Assembly: GCA_965219995.1 (NCBI GenBank)
Contig: CBDCOX010000002.1
Span: forward strand, 4,576,001 to 4,640,000
Length of the DNA stretch: 64,000 nucleotides
Direction: 5' to 3'
From: Candidatus Latescibacterota bacterium
GTDB lineage: Bacteria > Latescibacterota > UBA2968 > GCA-2709665
The notes under the pieces are model-generated. The model did no database searches. It was not told the DNA's origin and saw only the letters and a list, made by a program, of their open reading frames with translations. Positions 38,801 through 47,487 of this stretch are shown in pieces (within the stretch, counting starts at the first letter, position 1; each line of letters starts with the position of its first letter). Position numbers and translations under genes: made by a program.

Positions 38801-41800
38801 GATCCAGGCGAAACCTACACGGTGAAACTCGACACGAAGCCGACCGCGAGCGTGACGGTGACGATCGGGGGTACGGCAGATACCGACCTCACGCCGGACA
38901 AGACGAGCCTGACGTTCAGCACCACCAACTGGAACGTGGAGCAGACTGTGACGGTATCCGCCGCCGAGGACGACGACGCGGTCGACGACAGCGCGACGCT
39001 GACGCACACGGCGTCCGGGGGCGACTATGGGTCGGTGAGCAAGGACCTTCCCGTGACCGTGACGGACGACGACGAGGCGGAAATCGTGCTGTCGCCCACC
39101 TCGCTGGGCGTGGTCGAAAACCAGGACGCGGCGTACGAGGTGAAGCTGGCCACGAAACCAACCGCAACGGTTACGGTGAGCATTACCGGTCACACGGGGA
39201 CGGACCTGACGCCGGACAAGACGAGCCTGACGTTCAGCACCACCAACTGGAACACGGAGCAGACCGTGACCGTGTCCGCGGGTGACGATTCCGACGCCGC
39301 AGCGGACGAAGAGACCCTGACCCACACGGCCGAGGGAGGCGATTACGGGTCCGTGAGCAAGGACCTTGCGGTCACGGTAACCGACGACGACCAGGCCGGT
39401 ATCGCGATTTCACAGCCGTCGCTGGACGTTGACGAGGGCGACATTTACGCTTATACGGTTAAACTGGCCACGCAGCCCACCGCCCCGGTGACGGTGTCCA
39501 TAGGCGGTCACTCCGATACGGACCTGATTCTGGACAGGACGAGCCTGACGTTCAGTACCACGACCTGGAACACGGAGCAGACCGTGGAGGTGACGGCGGC
39601 TCACGACGACGACGCGAGCAACGACAGCGCGACCCTGACACACACGGCGTCCGGGGGCGACTATGGGTCGGTGAGCAAGGACCTTCCCGTGACTGTGACG
39701 GACGACGACGAGGTTGATATCGTGCTGTTTCCGGAGTCGCTGGACGTGCTGGAGGACGGCAGCAGTACCTATACGGTCAGGCTGGCGACGGAGCCTACCG
39801 CCGGCGTGACGGTGACCATCGGCGGTCATACGGGCACGGACCTGACGCTGGATACGACGGAGTTGACGTTCACCCCGACCGGCTGGAACGCGGCGCAGAC
39901 GGTGAGGGTGTCCGCGGGAGACGACGACGATGGCGGCAGTGAGTCCGCGACGTTGACGCATACGGCCACGGGCGGCGACTACGCGTTTGTGACGCGTGAC
40001 CTGCCGGTTACGATTACGGATGACGACGCCGCGGGCCTGGTTTTGTCGCCGTCGTCGTTGAACGTGGAAGAGGGCACCGACGTCAGCTATACGGTCAGGC
40101 TGGCGACGGAGCCAACCGACGCAGTGACGGTGACCATCGGCGGTACCTCGGGTACGGATCTGATACTGGACAGGACGAGTCTGACGTTCAGCACGTCTGC
40201 GTGGAGCACGGAGCAGACCGTGCAGGTGACCGTGGCGGCGGACGAGGACGGGCGCAATGACCTGGCGACGCTGACGCACACGGCGTCCGGGGGCGACTAT
40301 GGCTCCGTGAGCAGGGACCTTCGCGTCCTGGTGTCGGACGGCGACGACGAGGCCCTGGTGCTCTCGCGCGGTTCGCTGACTGTTGAGGAAGGCACGATGG
40401 CTACCTATACGGTCAAGCTGGCGACCATGCCTCTCGGCAACGTCGAAGTGAACGTCGCTGTAACCGGAGAGACCGACGTCTCGGTGAACCCGACGCGTCT
40501 GACGTTCACGCCGTCCGACTGGGCCACCTGGCAGACGGTGCGGGTGTCCGCGGCGCATGATGACGACGCACTCGATGACCAGGAGACGGCAACCCACTCG
40601 GCCTCCGGCGCCGGTTACGGCTCCGTGAGCAAGGCCCTGACCGTGGTGGTGGCCGACGATGACGAACCGGACCTTGTGTTTTTGCCGACGTCGTTGACAG
40701 TCGGCGAGGGCACGGACGCCACCTATAGGGTAAATCTGGCCACGGAGCCGTCCTCGGACGTGACGGTGACCATCGGCGGTGGCCGGGAGGCTGACCTCAC
40801 ACTGGAAACGAACAGCCTCACTTTTGCCAGGTGGAACTGGTATGCCGCCCAAACCGTAAAGGTGTCCGCCGGACACGATGACGACACTGTAAACGACCGG
40901 GGAACGCTGACTCACTCCGCCGCCGGGGGTGACTACGGGTCGGTGCGCAAGCGTCTTCCCGTCGTCGTAACGGACGACGATGCCGGCGGTGGTGGAGGCG
41001 GGGGCAGAGGCGGCGCCCCCGCGGCGATCGTGATATCGCCGTCGTCACTGACGGTGGATGAGGGCGCACACGCCGCCTATTCCGTGGCGTTGGCCGCACA
41101 GCCCACGTCGGACGTGACGGTGACCATCGGCGGAGCGGGGGGCACGGACCTGTCGCTCGACAGGACGGATCTGACGTTTTCCACAACGGCCTGGAATACC
41201 CCGCAGTCGGTAAGGGTGTCTGCCGCGCACGACGACGACGCGGTGAACGACACCGTGACGCTGACGCACAACGGCTCCGGCGGGGGTTACGGTTCGGTAA
41301 GCAGGGATCTTGGCGTGACCGTCAGAGACGACGACGAGGAGATCCAACAGACGGTGGAGGTGACGGTGTATTTCGATCGGGAAACCCACACCGCCGTGGA
41401 GGGCGGCAGTCCCGCGCGCGTGACGGTGCGCGTCATGCTGAACGTGGATCCCGATCGGGTTCTGACGGTCCCGCTGGCGGTAACTTTGAACGGCGGCGCC
41501 ACCGGCGACGACTACGAGGGTGTGCCGGAGGAGGTCACCTTCGGTCGCGGCGAGATGGAGAAGGCATTCCACGTCACCGCTATCGACGACGACGTGGACG
41601 ATGACGACGAGAGCCTGACCATCGGCTTCGGCGCGTTACCCGACGGTGCGCTGGCGGGCAGACCGGTCAGCACGCTGGTGCATCTGCAGGACAACGACGA
41701 CCCCGTGACGACGGTCTCGTTCGACAGATCGACGTACGAGGCGGCGGAGGGCGGGAGTCCGGCGCGCGTGACGGTTCGGGTCATGCTGAACCGGGACCCT

Positions 41801-44509
41801 GAACGCGAGCTGACGGTGCCGTTGTCGGTGACGCCGAATGGCGGCGCCACAACGGAAGACTATGAGGGAGTACCTGAGTACGTCACATTTGGTACCGGCG
41901 AGATGGAGAAGGCATTCGAAGTCACCGCTGTCGACGACGACGTGGACGATGACGACGAGAGCCTGACCATCGGTTTCGGCGCGTTACCCGAGCGGGTTCG
42001 CGCGGGGGACCCAGCCAGCGCATTGGTAAATCTCCTGGACAACGACGACCCCGTGACGGCCGTTTCGTTTGGCAAATCCACTTATGAGACGGAGGAAGGC
42101 GGTAGTCCTGCGCGCGTGGCGGTGCTGTTGAGCGTGGACCCGGAACGGGAGGTGACCATACCGATCACCGCGACGCCGGGCAACGGCGCCGCGCGGGTGG
42201 ACTACAATGGCCTGCCGCCAGGAGTGACCTTCAATCCGGGCGAGACTGAGATGTCCTTTGAATTGACCGCCGCCGATGACGATTACGACGACGACGACGA
42301 GGACCTCACCCTGGGGTTCGGCGCGCTTCCCCCCAGGGTTGAAGCCGGTCTGCACACGACCGCCCTCGTCACGATCATTGATAACGATGAACGCGGCGTG
42401 ACCGTCTCTGCGGCGGACCTTGCCGTTCCCGAGGGTGGCGCGGGAACCTATTCGCTGGTGCTTCACAGCGCGCCCACGGCGCCCGTAACCGTCGCGGTTA
42501 CAGGAATGGCCGGCACGGACGTGTCCGTAGAACAGCCGCGGCTGACGTTCTCCCCGGATGGTTGGGATACGCCGCAGGAAGTCGTCGTACGTGCCCTGGA
42601 CGACGCCGATGCCGTGGTTGACGTGGTGACGCTGCAACACACGATCAGCGGCGGTGACTATGACGGGGAGGTCGTGCCGGGTGTTTCCGTCACCGTCATC
42701 GAAGACGACGTGCCGGCGGCATCGGTTGGAGACCGGCAGGGCGCCGAACACGCCGGCGAGCTGGTGTTCACGGTAGCACTGGACATCCCCAGCAGCAAGG
42801 ACGTCACCGTGAGATACGCGACCGCCAGCGGCACGGCTTTGTCCAGCGCCGACTTCACGGCGACCCAGGGCATATTGCGCTTTGCCGCCTTGGAAACCCG
42901 GCAGGCCATCCGGGTGCCGATTACGGACGACAACGTGGAAGAAGACACTGAGACGTTTACGGTGATGCTGGCCGAACCTGAGAACGCAACCCTGAATGCC
43001 GGCCGGAAGGCGGCGACGGGAACGATCGAGGACAACGACGCCGCGATACGGGCGCTTGAGATATTTCTGTCGAGCGTAGGTCGGATGGTCGCTTCCGACG
43101 CGATCGAAGTCATCTCCCGCCGGTTCGATCAGCGCGCCGGCATGCGGCCCCGGTTCACCGTGCACGGGACGCCGCTGGCCCCTCGCGCGCACAACGGCGC
43201 GGACGCCCAGCGCCGCGGCGCCCGGCCCGAGCGGATCGTGCCGACGACCCACGGCGTCCCGGTCTGGATACCAGCCGAAGCGCTGGCGTCGCAGCAATAC
43301 GGTCTGAGTCTGCGTGTACCTCACCTGCGCCCGATAACGGTGTGGGACGTGCTTTCTCGCAGTGACTTCGAGCTGCCCATGAAGAATTCGAAGAATGCCG
43401 GCGGGTGGACGCTCTGGGGACGCGGCGCCCTGGGCGGTTTCTCCGGGGTGCCCACCGCCATTCGGCGCATGGAAGCCGACGCGTTCAGCAGTTACGTCGG
43501 CATCGATTACAACGTGCGTGCGAAGGCGCTGCTGGGGCTGGCGCTGACCCACAGCCTGGGTGATTTGAGCTACAGCGCCGCCAATTCCGCGCGGACGATC
43601 GTGCCGATCGACTTCGGGATCACCACCGTTCTTCCGTATCTCCATCTGCGACTCCATCCCAGGTTCGGGACGTGGGGTCTTTCGGGCATCGGCCGCGGTA
43701 CCGTGGAGATGTCGGACGCGCACGGCGCTTACGATACCGAGGTGACGCTGCTGATGGGCGCCGGCGGCGCGAGACAGAACCTGGTGTCACGGGGTCACTT
43801 CGAGTTTGCGTTGAAAGGGGATGCGTTTTACGTGCAGACGGAGTCGGATCCGAGCGCCCGGCTGCCGAGCGTGAAGGAGGAGGCGAAACGCGTGCGCGTT
43901 CTGATCGAGGGAAGCCGCACCTACAACGTGGGACGGGCGTCACGGATGAGTCAGAGCCTTGAAATCGGGGGTCGATGGGACAGGGGGCGCCTGGAGGACG
44001 GCAGGGGCGTGGACGTGGGCGGCGGCATCGACTATGGGCACACGCAGCGCGGCGTCAGCCTGGCGGCACGGGGCAGGTATCTGCTGGTACACGAGCAGGA
44101 AGGGTACGAGGAATGGGGGGCCAGCCTGATCCTGCGCATCAATCCGGGAAGCGGAAGGCGGGGACTCGTGATGGATGTCTCGCCGGTATGGGGGATGCCC
44201 ACGAACACGACCGGTGAGCTCTGGCCCGACGCATACGAACTGGCGTTCAGTGGCGCGGGGGACCCCGGCGCGAGGCCGGATCGAATTGAAGTCGACGTCG
44301 GATACCAGTTCCTGACGTACGCCGGCGAGGGGCTGATTACGCCATACGCGGGATGGTCCGCCGGAAGCCGCGGCAGTCAACGCTATCGCATCGGCGGCAG
44401 AATGAGAGTGGGCCGGGATCTCAGCGTGAACGTACAGGGAAGACGCGACACGCGGCAAACTGGCGACGCGACGCATGGCGTCAGAATCCTTGGGCACGTC
44501 TACTGGTAG
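35879..44509 (+). CDS. Giant Calx-beta/Ig-repeat adhesin with a C-terminal autotransporter-like beta-barrel (2876 aa)
   Basis: RBS GAGGAGG; signal-like 'AAIVFLASFLAASQVRAQ'; ~11 copies of a ~105-aa 'EG..ATYTVKLAT.PT..VTVTI...SLTF....W...QTV.V....DDD' unit, other acidic Calx-beta-like repeats, and a C-terminal amphipathic beta region ending in W. Confidence 0.85.
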   Translation: MLFGFRARPVVSNNPTRSESPRIPHETAMAAIVFLASFLAASQVRAQSQAITLSETSLSVDESNSATYTVKLATQPTGDVTVTITGTSGTDLDLDKTSLTFTTSTWSTVQTVRVTADGDTDATDDFVTLAHTASGADYASVTKELPVTVEDITNVTLTVTGLDLLSMSEYTDDTRTISARLSRSLSDDVTLTVTASPDDATTTSGDYTLSPDPAEITISAGDSLTSDEVVFTAVDDFNDRHKNVQLTLTVDNARVTVSGGTTRDIFIRSDDLASISLELAPDPIFENGRASRVTATMAYSDRVKEQVTLTISAEAASSTVAGDFTLTGGPLTFAPGAHTSQGTVMIAANDDADMDDETVTVTGKVTGGRSVIEPEPLTLNIVDDDETGLVTMSLRLTPERIRESGGFNVSTVTAEVSRPLTQPATVTVSASPNPENAETTADDYALSTNLELLIAAGETESKGRVTLTAVDNSLYEGTHKSVLVTGTVTGNAGVAAPPQRELTILEDDVKATVQLIATPQTIDEDGGVSTITAVSHLPMPETVTFDVRVSGSAVTLSDNVTLTLAQGETNSTGTVTVTAGDISGTNHTSVSISRQNLSSSSFTVKTTRILVIDDDYTGSQLWMRLSPGDMVEGQNQVSTVSAYLTQALSENVTVTVAIDEDYTSAFPDEYTLSTNRTLTISAGDTTSTGTVTLTSVDNDYYSARHGYRVGYTYEVTGPAGLQTRKLQDSWSIREDESPTVVTLVLTPDAIDENGGESTVTAELNSAVRSNLTLTVLADGSGDVTQNGTTLTIAEGSKTSTGTVTLTAVDNAMDALDKFVRVRGSLTVAEDLPFSIVFPYGRQLTITDDDEADLVLSTASLTVTEGADPGGTYTVKLATEPTSDVSVSIGLPSGTDVSVNPSSLTFTPTTWNTERTVTVSAAHDDDASNDSATLTHMATGGGYGSVSKDVSVTVNEDDEPALVLSGTSLTVAEGADPGETYTVKLDTKPTASVTVTIGGTADTDLTPDKTSLTFSTTNWNVEQTVTVSAAEDDDAVDDSATLTHTASGGDYGSVSKDLPVTVTDDDEAEIVLSPTSLGVVENQDAAYEVKLATKPTATVTVSITGHTGTDLTPDKTSLTFSTTNWNTEQTVTVSAGDDSDAAADEETLTHTAEGGDYGSVSKDLAVTVTDDDQAGIAISQPSLDVDEGDIYAYTVKLATQPTAPVTVSIGGHSDTDLILDRTSLTFSTTTWNTEQTVEVTAAHDDDASNDSATLTHTASGGDYGSVSKDLPVTVTDDDEVDIVLFPESLDVLEDGSSTYTVRLATEPTAGVTVTIGGHTGTDLTLDTTELTFTPTGWNAAQTVRVSAGDDDDGGSESATLTHTATGGDYAFVTRDLPVTITDDDAAGLVLSPSSLNVEEGTDVSYTVRLATEPTDAVTVTIGGTSGTDLILDRTSLTFSTSAWSTEQTVQVTVAADEDGRNDLATLTHTASGGDYGSVSRDLRVLVSDGDDEALVLSRGSLTVEEGTMATYTVKLATMPLGNVEVNVAVTGETDVSVNPTRLTFTPSDWATWQTVRVSAAHDDDALDDQETATHSASGAGYGSVSKALTVVVADDDEPDLVFLPTSLTVGEGTDATYRVNLATEPSSDVTVTIGGGREADLTLETNSLTFARWNWYAAQTVKVSAGHDDDTVNDRGTLTHSAAGGDYGSVRKRLPVVVTDDDAGGGGGGGRGGAPAAIVISPSSLTVDEGAHAAYSVALAAQPTSDVTVTIGGAGGTDLSLDRTDLTFSTTAWNTPQSVRVSAAHDDDAVNDTVTLTHNGSGGGYGSVSRDLGVTVRDDDEEIQQTVEVTVYFDRETHTAVEGGSPARVTVRVMLNVDPDRVLTVPLAVTLNGGATGDDYEGVPEEVTFGRGEMEKAFHVTAIDDDVDDDDESLTIGFGALPDGALAGRPVSTLVHLQDNDDPVTTVSFDRSTYEAAEGGSPARVTVRVMLNRDPERELTVPLSVTPNGGATTEDYEGVPEYVTFGTGEMEKAFEVTAVDDDVDDDDESLTIGFGALPERVRAGDPASALVNLLDNDDPVTAVSFGKSTYETEEGGSPARVAVLLSVDPEREVTIPITATPGNGAARVDYNGLPPGVTFNPGETEMSFELTAADDDYDDDDEDLTLGFGALPPRVEAGLHTTALVTIIDNDERGVTVSAADLAVPEGGAGTYSLVLHSAPTAPVTVAVTGMAGTDVSVEQPRLTFSPDGWDTPQEVVVRALDDADAVVDVVTLQHTISGGDYDGEVVPGVSVTVIEDDVPAASVGDRQGAEHAGELVFTVALDIPSSKDVTVRYATASGTALSSADFTATQGILRFAALETRQAIRVPITDDNVEEDTETFTVMLAEPENATLNAGRKAATGTIEDNDAAIRALEIFLSSVGRMVASDAIEVISRRFDQRAGMRPRFTVHGTPLAPRAHNGADAQRRGARPERIVPTTHGVPVWIPAEALASQQYGLSLRVPHLRPITVWDVLSRSDFELPMKNSKNAGGWTLWGRGALGGFSGVPTAIRRMEADAFSSYVGIDYNVRAKALLGLALTHSLGDLSYSAANSARTIVPIDFGITTVLPYLHLRLHPRFGTWGLSGIGRGTVEMSDAHGAYDTEVTLLMGAGGARQNLVSRGHFEFALKGDAFYVQTESDPSARLPSVKEEAKRVRVLIEGSRTYNVGRASRMSQSLEIGGRWDRGRLEDGRGVDVGGGIDYGHTQRGVSLAARGRYLLVHEQEGYEEWGASLILRINPGSGRRGLVMDVSPVWGMPTNTTGELWPDAYELAFSGAGDPGARPDRIEVDVGYQFLTYAGEGLITPYAGWSAGSRGSQRYRIGGRMRVGRDLSVNVQGRRDTRQTGDATHGVRILGHVYW

Positions 44510-44827
44510 ATCCCTCGTGAACAGCACAGAGTGGGTTCGGCCATTCCTGAAGATCGGCCGGGCTGGCGACGGAAAGGGGGGCAGTGCGAACGTCGTTATA
44601 GGGATTTCGATCACAGGCAATTCCTAATAACCACTACGTATACTCGATTCTGGATCGCTGTTCCCCGCCGTGCAATGCAACCGTTGGGGAGGATCGGATG
44701 GACCCCGGGAAAGAGATGGTGTCTCGTTTGAATGATCGGTCCTGATCGATGGACCGTTGTCATATAAAAGAGGTCAGTTAACCCTGATTGCCATTTCGAC
44801 ATTGTCACTTTGGAAAGGAGAACCGTG

Positions 44828-46687
44828 ATGGCGCGAGGTTTTCAACTGTTCGCTCCGACATGCATGATTCCGGTTGCCGGTCTTCTGGTACTAATCGCCG
44901 TCTTGTCCAATGCGCACCCCGCCTCGGCGCAGGCATCGGTAGATTGTGTACCCCCTCCCGGCGTAGCGCCACCTGAGGAACCGAGTGTTACGGCGCAACA
45001 GGTGGAAGACGGCAGCGCCAGCCTTCAGGAATTTGTGCTGGCCACGAGGGAAGTATTCGTTCGTCAGCTCCAGGCGGCTGAGAATCTGGGACAAGTGTTG
45101 TACTACGGATGTCTCTTCCGGCAAGAGGGGAGCTATTGGAATTCCGGTTCCACGTATCTCGTGTATCTGAGGTCCGATGGCAACTTGTTGATTCACACGC
45201 AGAACATGGCATTGTCGAGCAGGCGACTCAACCCCCAAATTTATGCGGAAATCCTTTCTGCGCTGGGCGTCTCCTCAGCCGTTCTGGCCAACATGGCTTC
45301 TCCCGATTCTGCAATTGCCGCCCAGGCTTTTGCCGCCGTCGTAGGCGTATTGTCGCAAGAACCGGATGGCGCATTCGATGCGAGCACCCCTATACCAGGC
45401 CTGCGACCTGGCATACCAGGCGCTTCCGGCTATGCCGCCGTATTTTTGTCGGACTTTTATAGAGGTCCGATTGTGCTGATGGCGGGATTCGAACTCGATG
45501 AAACTCATGTGATTGAAGAGGAGATCGATTACGGCACCCCGACCATTACCGCCAGGGACGTGGTGGACCGAGAAACCTTGAAAGCCTTTGTCACGGAAGC
45601 AGGTGAGTATTGTCTCGAACTTCGGAAAACCGGCAATTTCCCCGGTGGGATTGCCAGGACCGCCTTGCGGGATCCGAACGGACCCTGGAGACACGGTAAC
45701 GTGTACCTCTACGTCCTGGATCTTACGAGCAACATAGTCCTATTGCACGCCGCGTTTCCGAACCGATTCGAGCTTCGGCCTCTGGTAGGGATTGCCCGGG
45801 ACGGCGTTACCGGAGAGCTCATACTACCGCAGGTCATCGAAGCGGCGAAAAATGACCCGGAAGGCGGCTTCGTGGAGTATTTCTACGACGATCCCGCTGA
45901 CGATACCGACAGAGCCGATGTCCCCAAGGTGGGATACGCACGTGAGTTCAAAACGAAAACCGAGGTAGGCGGAAACGTAATCCCGTTCGATTTCATCGTC
46001 GGATCGGGTTTTTACGGGAGCGCACCGGATGTTGTCGCGACGGGCCACCGTACGGTCGTGGGGGCCAAGGTCCTGGGAGACGCCGTGGAGGGGTTGGACG
46101 TCGAGTTTTCCCGGGCCATCGCCGGGCGCCCGTCCAGCTACGACTGGAGCGCCGTCACCAATGCCAATGGCGTTTTTACCCTGACCATTTCCAGCGCGGA
46201 CGGGGTGAGCGGCTACTACCGGGCCCGCGCCCGCAACGCCGTGGGCGACGTCGTGGGCCGGTGGCACAGCATTCCCCTCAACCGCAATCAACGCCAGATC
46301 CTGGAATTGACGCTGGGCGGCGGGATGAGGGTCGTACGGGTCGAACCGTTGGCCGCGGGCAAGCTGGCGATCGCGGCCGAGCCGGTGGCTTCACCCGAGA
46401 CTGAAGTCGTACTCAGCGGTCTGGCGCCCAATTCGCCCAATCCGTTCAACAGCGCCACGGTGATCACATACCACCTGGCCGGCCCCGGCCCGGTGAAGCT
46501 GGTGATCTACAACGTGCTGGGTCAGCCGGTACGCACCCTGGTGGATGCGTCCCAGGCCGGCGGCGCCTACCAGGTCCGGTGGGATGCGCGCGACGAGGGT
46601 GGCGTCCTGCTGTCGACTGGGGTCTACATCGCACGCCTGAGCTATCCCGGCGGGGTGCAGACGCAACGGTTGCTCTACCTCAAGTAG
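44828..46687 (+). CDS. Secreted protein with two Cache-like domains and a C-terminal FlgD-Ig/'T9SS-like' domain
   Basis: Signal peptide ending HPASA-Q; 'GPWRHGNVYLYVLD...GGFVEY...KVGYA...IVGSGFY' Cache-like; 'NSPNPFN...IYNVLGQPVRTLV...WDARD' tail. RBS AAGGAG. Confidence 0.75.
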   Translation: MARGFQLFAPTCMIPVAGLLVLIAVLSNAHPASAQASVDCVPPPGVAPPEEPSVTAQQVEDGSASLQEFVLATREVFVRQLQAAENLGQVLYYGCLFRQEGSYWNSGSTYLVYLRSDGNLLIHTQNMALSSRRLNPQIYAEILSALGVSSAVLANMASPDSAIAAQAFAAVVGVLSQEPDGAFDASTPIPGLRPGIPGASGYAAVFLSDFYRGPIVLMAGFELDETHVIEEEIDYGTPTITARDVVDRETLKAFVTEAGEYCLELRKTGNFPGGIARTALRDPNGPWRHGNVYLYVLDLTSNIVLLHAAFPNRFELRPLVGIARDGVTGELILPQVIEAAKNDPEGGFVEYFYDDPADDTDRADVPKVGYAREFKTKTEVGGNVIPFDFIVGSGFYGSAPDVVATGHRTVVGAKVLGDAVEGLDVEFSRAIAGRPSSYDWSAVTNANGVFTLTISSADGVSGYYRARARNAVGDVVGRWHSIPLNRNQRQILELTLGGGMRVVRVEPLAAGKLAIAAEPVASPETEVVLSGLAPNSPNPFNSATVITYHLAGPGPVKLVIYNVLGQPVRTLVDASQAGGAYQVRWDARDEGGVLLSTGVYIARLSYPGGVQTQRLLYLK

Positions 46688-46865
46688 CGTGATCCGGTTG
46701 CGCAGGGTATTCTCTCCTGAGAACCCGTCCGGAGACACCCGATCTGCCTTGGCCACGAGGCTCGCGGGGTCTTCGGACGGGTTCTCTCTAGCGGATTTCC
46801 TTGACATGAAGAGACTTTGACCGATTCGATCGCGGGCAGGTCAGACCATGGAAGCCGATGTCAAG

Positions 46866-46889
46866 GTGTGTCGGACATTCCTGTCTGCC
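46866..46889 (+). repeat. Degenerate GGCAGACATTCCTGTCTGCC REP-like copy
   Basis: gtcggacattcctgtctgcc. Confidence 0.6.
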
Positions 46890-46910
46890 CGTCTTAATGC
46901 CGCGTCTTTC

Positions 46911-47416
46911 GTTGATGTCCTGAACCCCGCCTGCCCCTGCGGGAACGGTGCTCGCCGAAATCCTGTTTCCCTCCTGACGCTTTTTAATTTGTAGCGTCAT
47001 TCCCTTCTCCTGCGCCGGCCTTCGCGTCCCACTTGACGGTTTGAAACAAGAAGCAGATGCGGCAGGAATATCAACCCGTGTTGGCCGGTTCTCTCCCAGG
47101 TTGGCCCCGAATGGGGTCATTTTCAGCGAAATATCATCGAACACGAGTGAAAATTCATTGATATATCATAAGTTTAGCTTAACTCAAAAACACTTTTCCA
47201 TTATATTTATAACTAAGGCAGGCGATCGCCTGGTCCACTCGCGGCATCGTCCAGCGTTTCTGCAAGTCAGGACGAAGCCGGGCTTCGCCTGCGAAATTCG
47301 GGTTGGCATTGTTCAGAGACGGTAATACACGATGGCATCTTCGGGAGCCGATCCTCCTGGATCAGGGTCGGCTGCCGCGACGCAAGTGGAGTCATTTAGA
47401 GGACCGGACGCTCCGG
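46911..47416 (+). promoter_or_regulatory. Duplicated promoter/leader module, copy 2 (longest)
   Basis: Highly similar to 52123-52563; its 3' part 47347-47416 matches 35792-35851. TCA at 47123/47134/47155/47166; TTAACT(47179)-N17-TATATT(47202). Confidence 0.85.
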
Positions 47417-47487
47417 ATACTCGCTGTCTGCCGGTCACGTCGTCTCGGAGCAACACAGTCCTGCTGCACTCTTGTCCGGGAGGATGA

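Noticed and set aside
38430-42400. Regularly spaced repeats that could suggest a CRISPR array or a DGR template
   Set aside because: They are in-frame ~105-aa protein domain repeats. There are no constant short repeats with unique spacers, no cas or reverse transcriptase gene, and differences are not adenine-specific.
46788-47325. ORFs across the duplicated module (e.g. MTPFGANLGENRPTRVDIPAA, also at 51895-52329)
   Set aside because: The similarity comes from the DNA duplication. Copies differ by single-base indels that break the frame and there is no recognisable protein motif.
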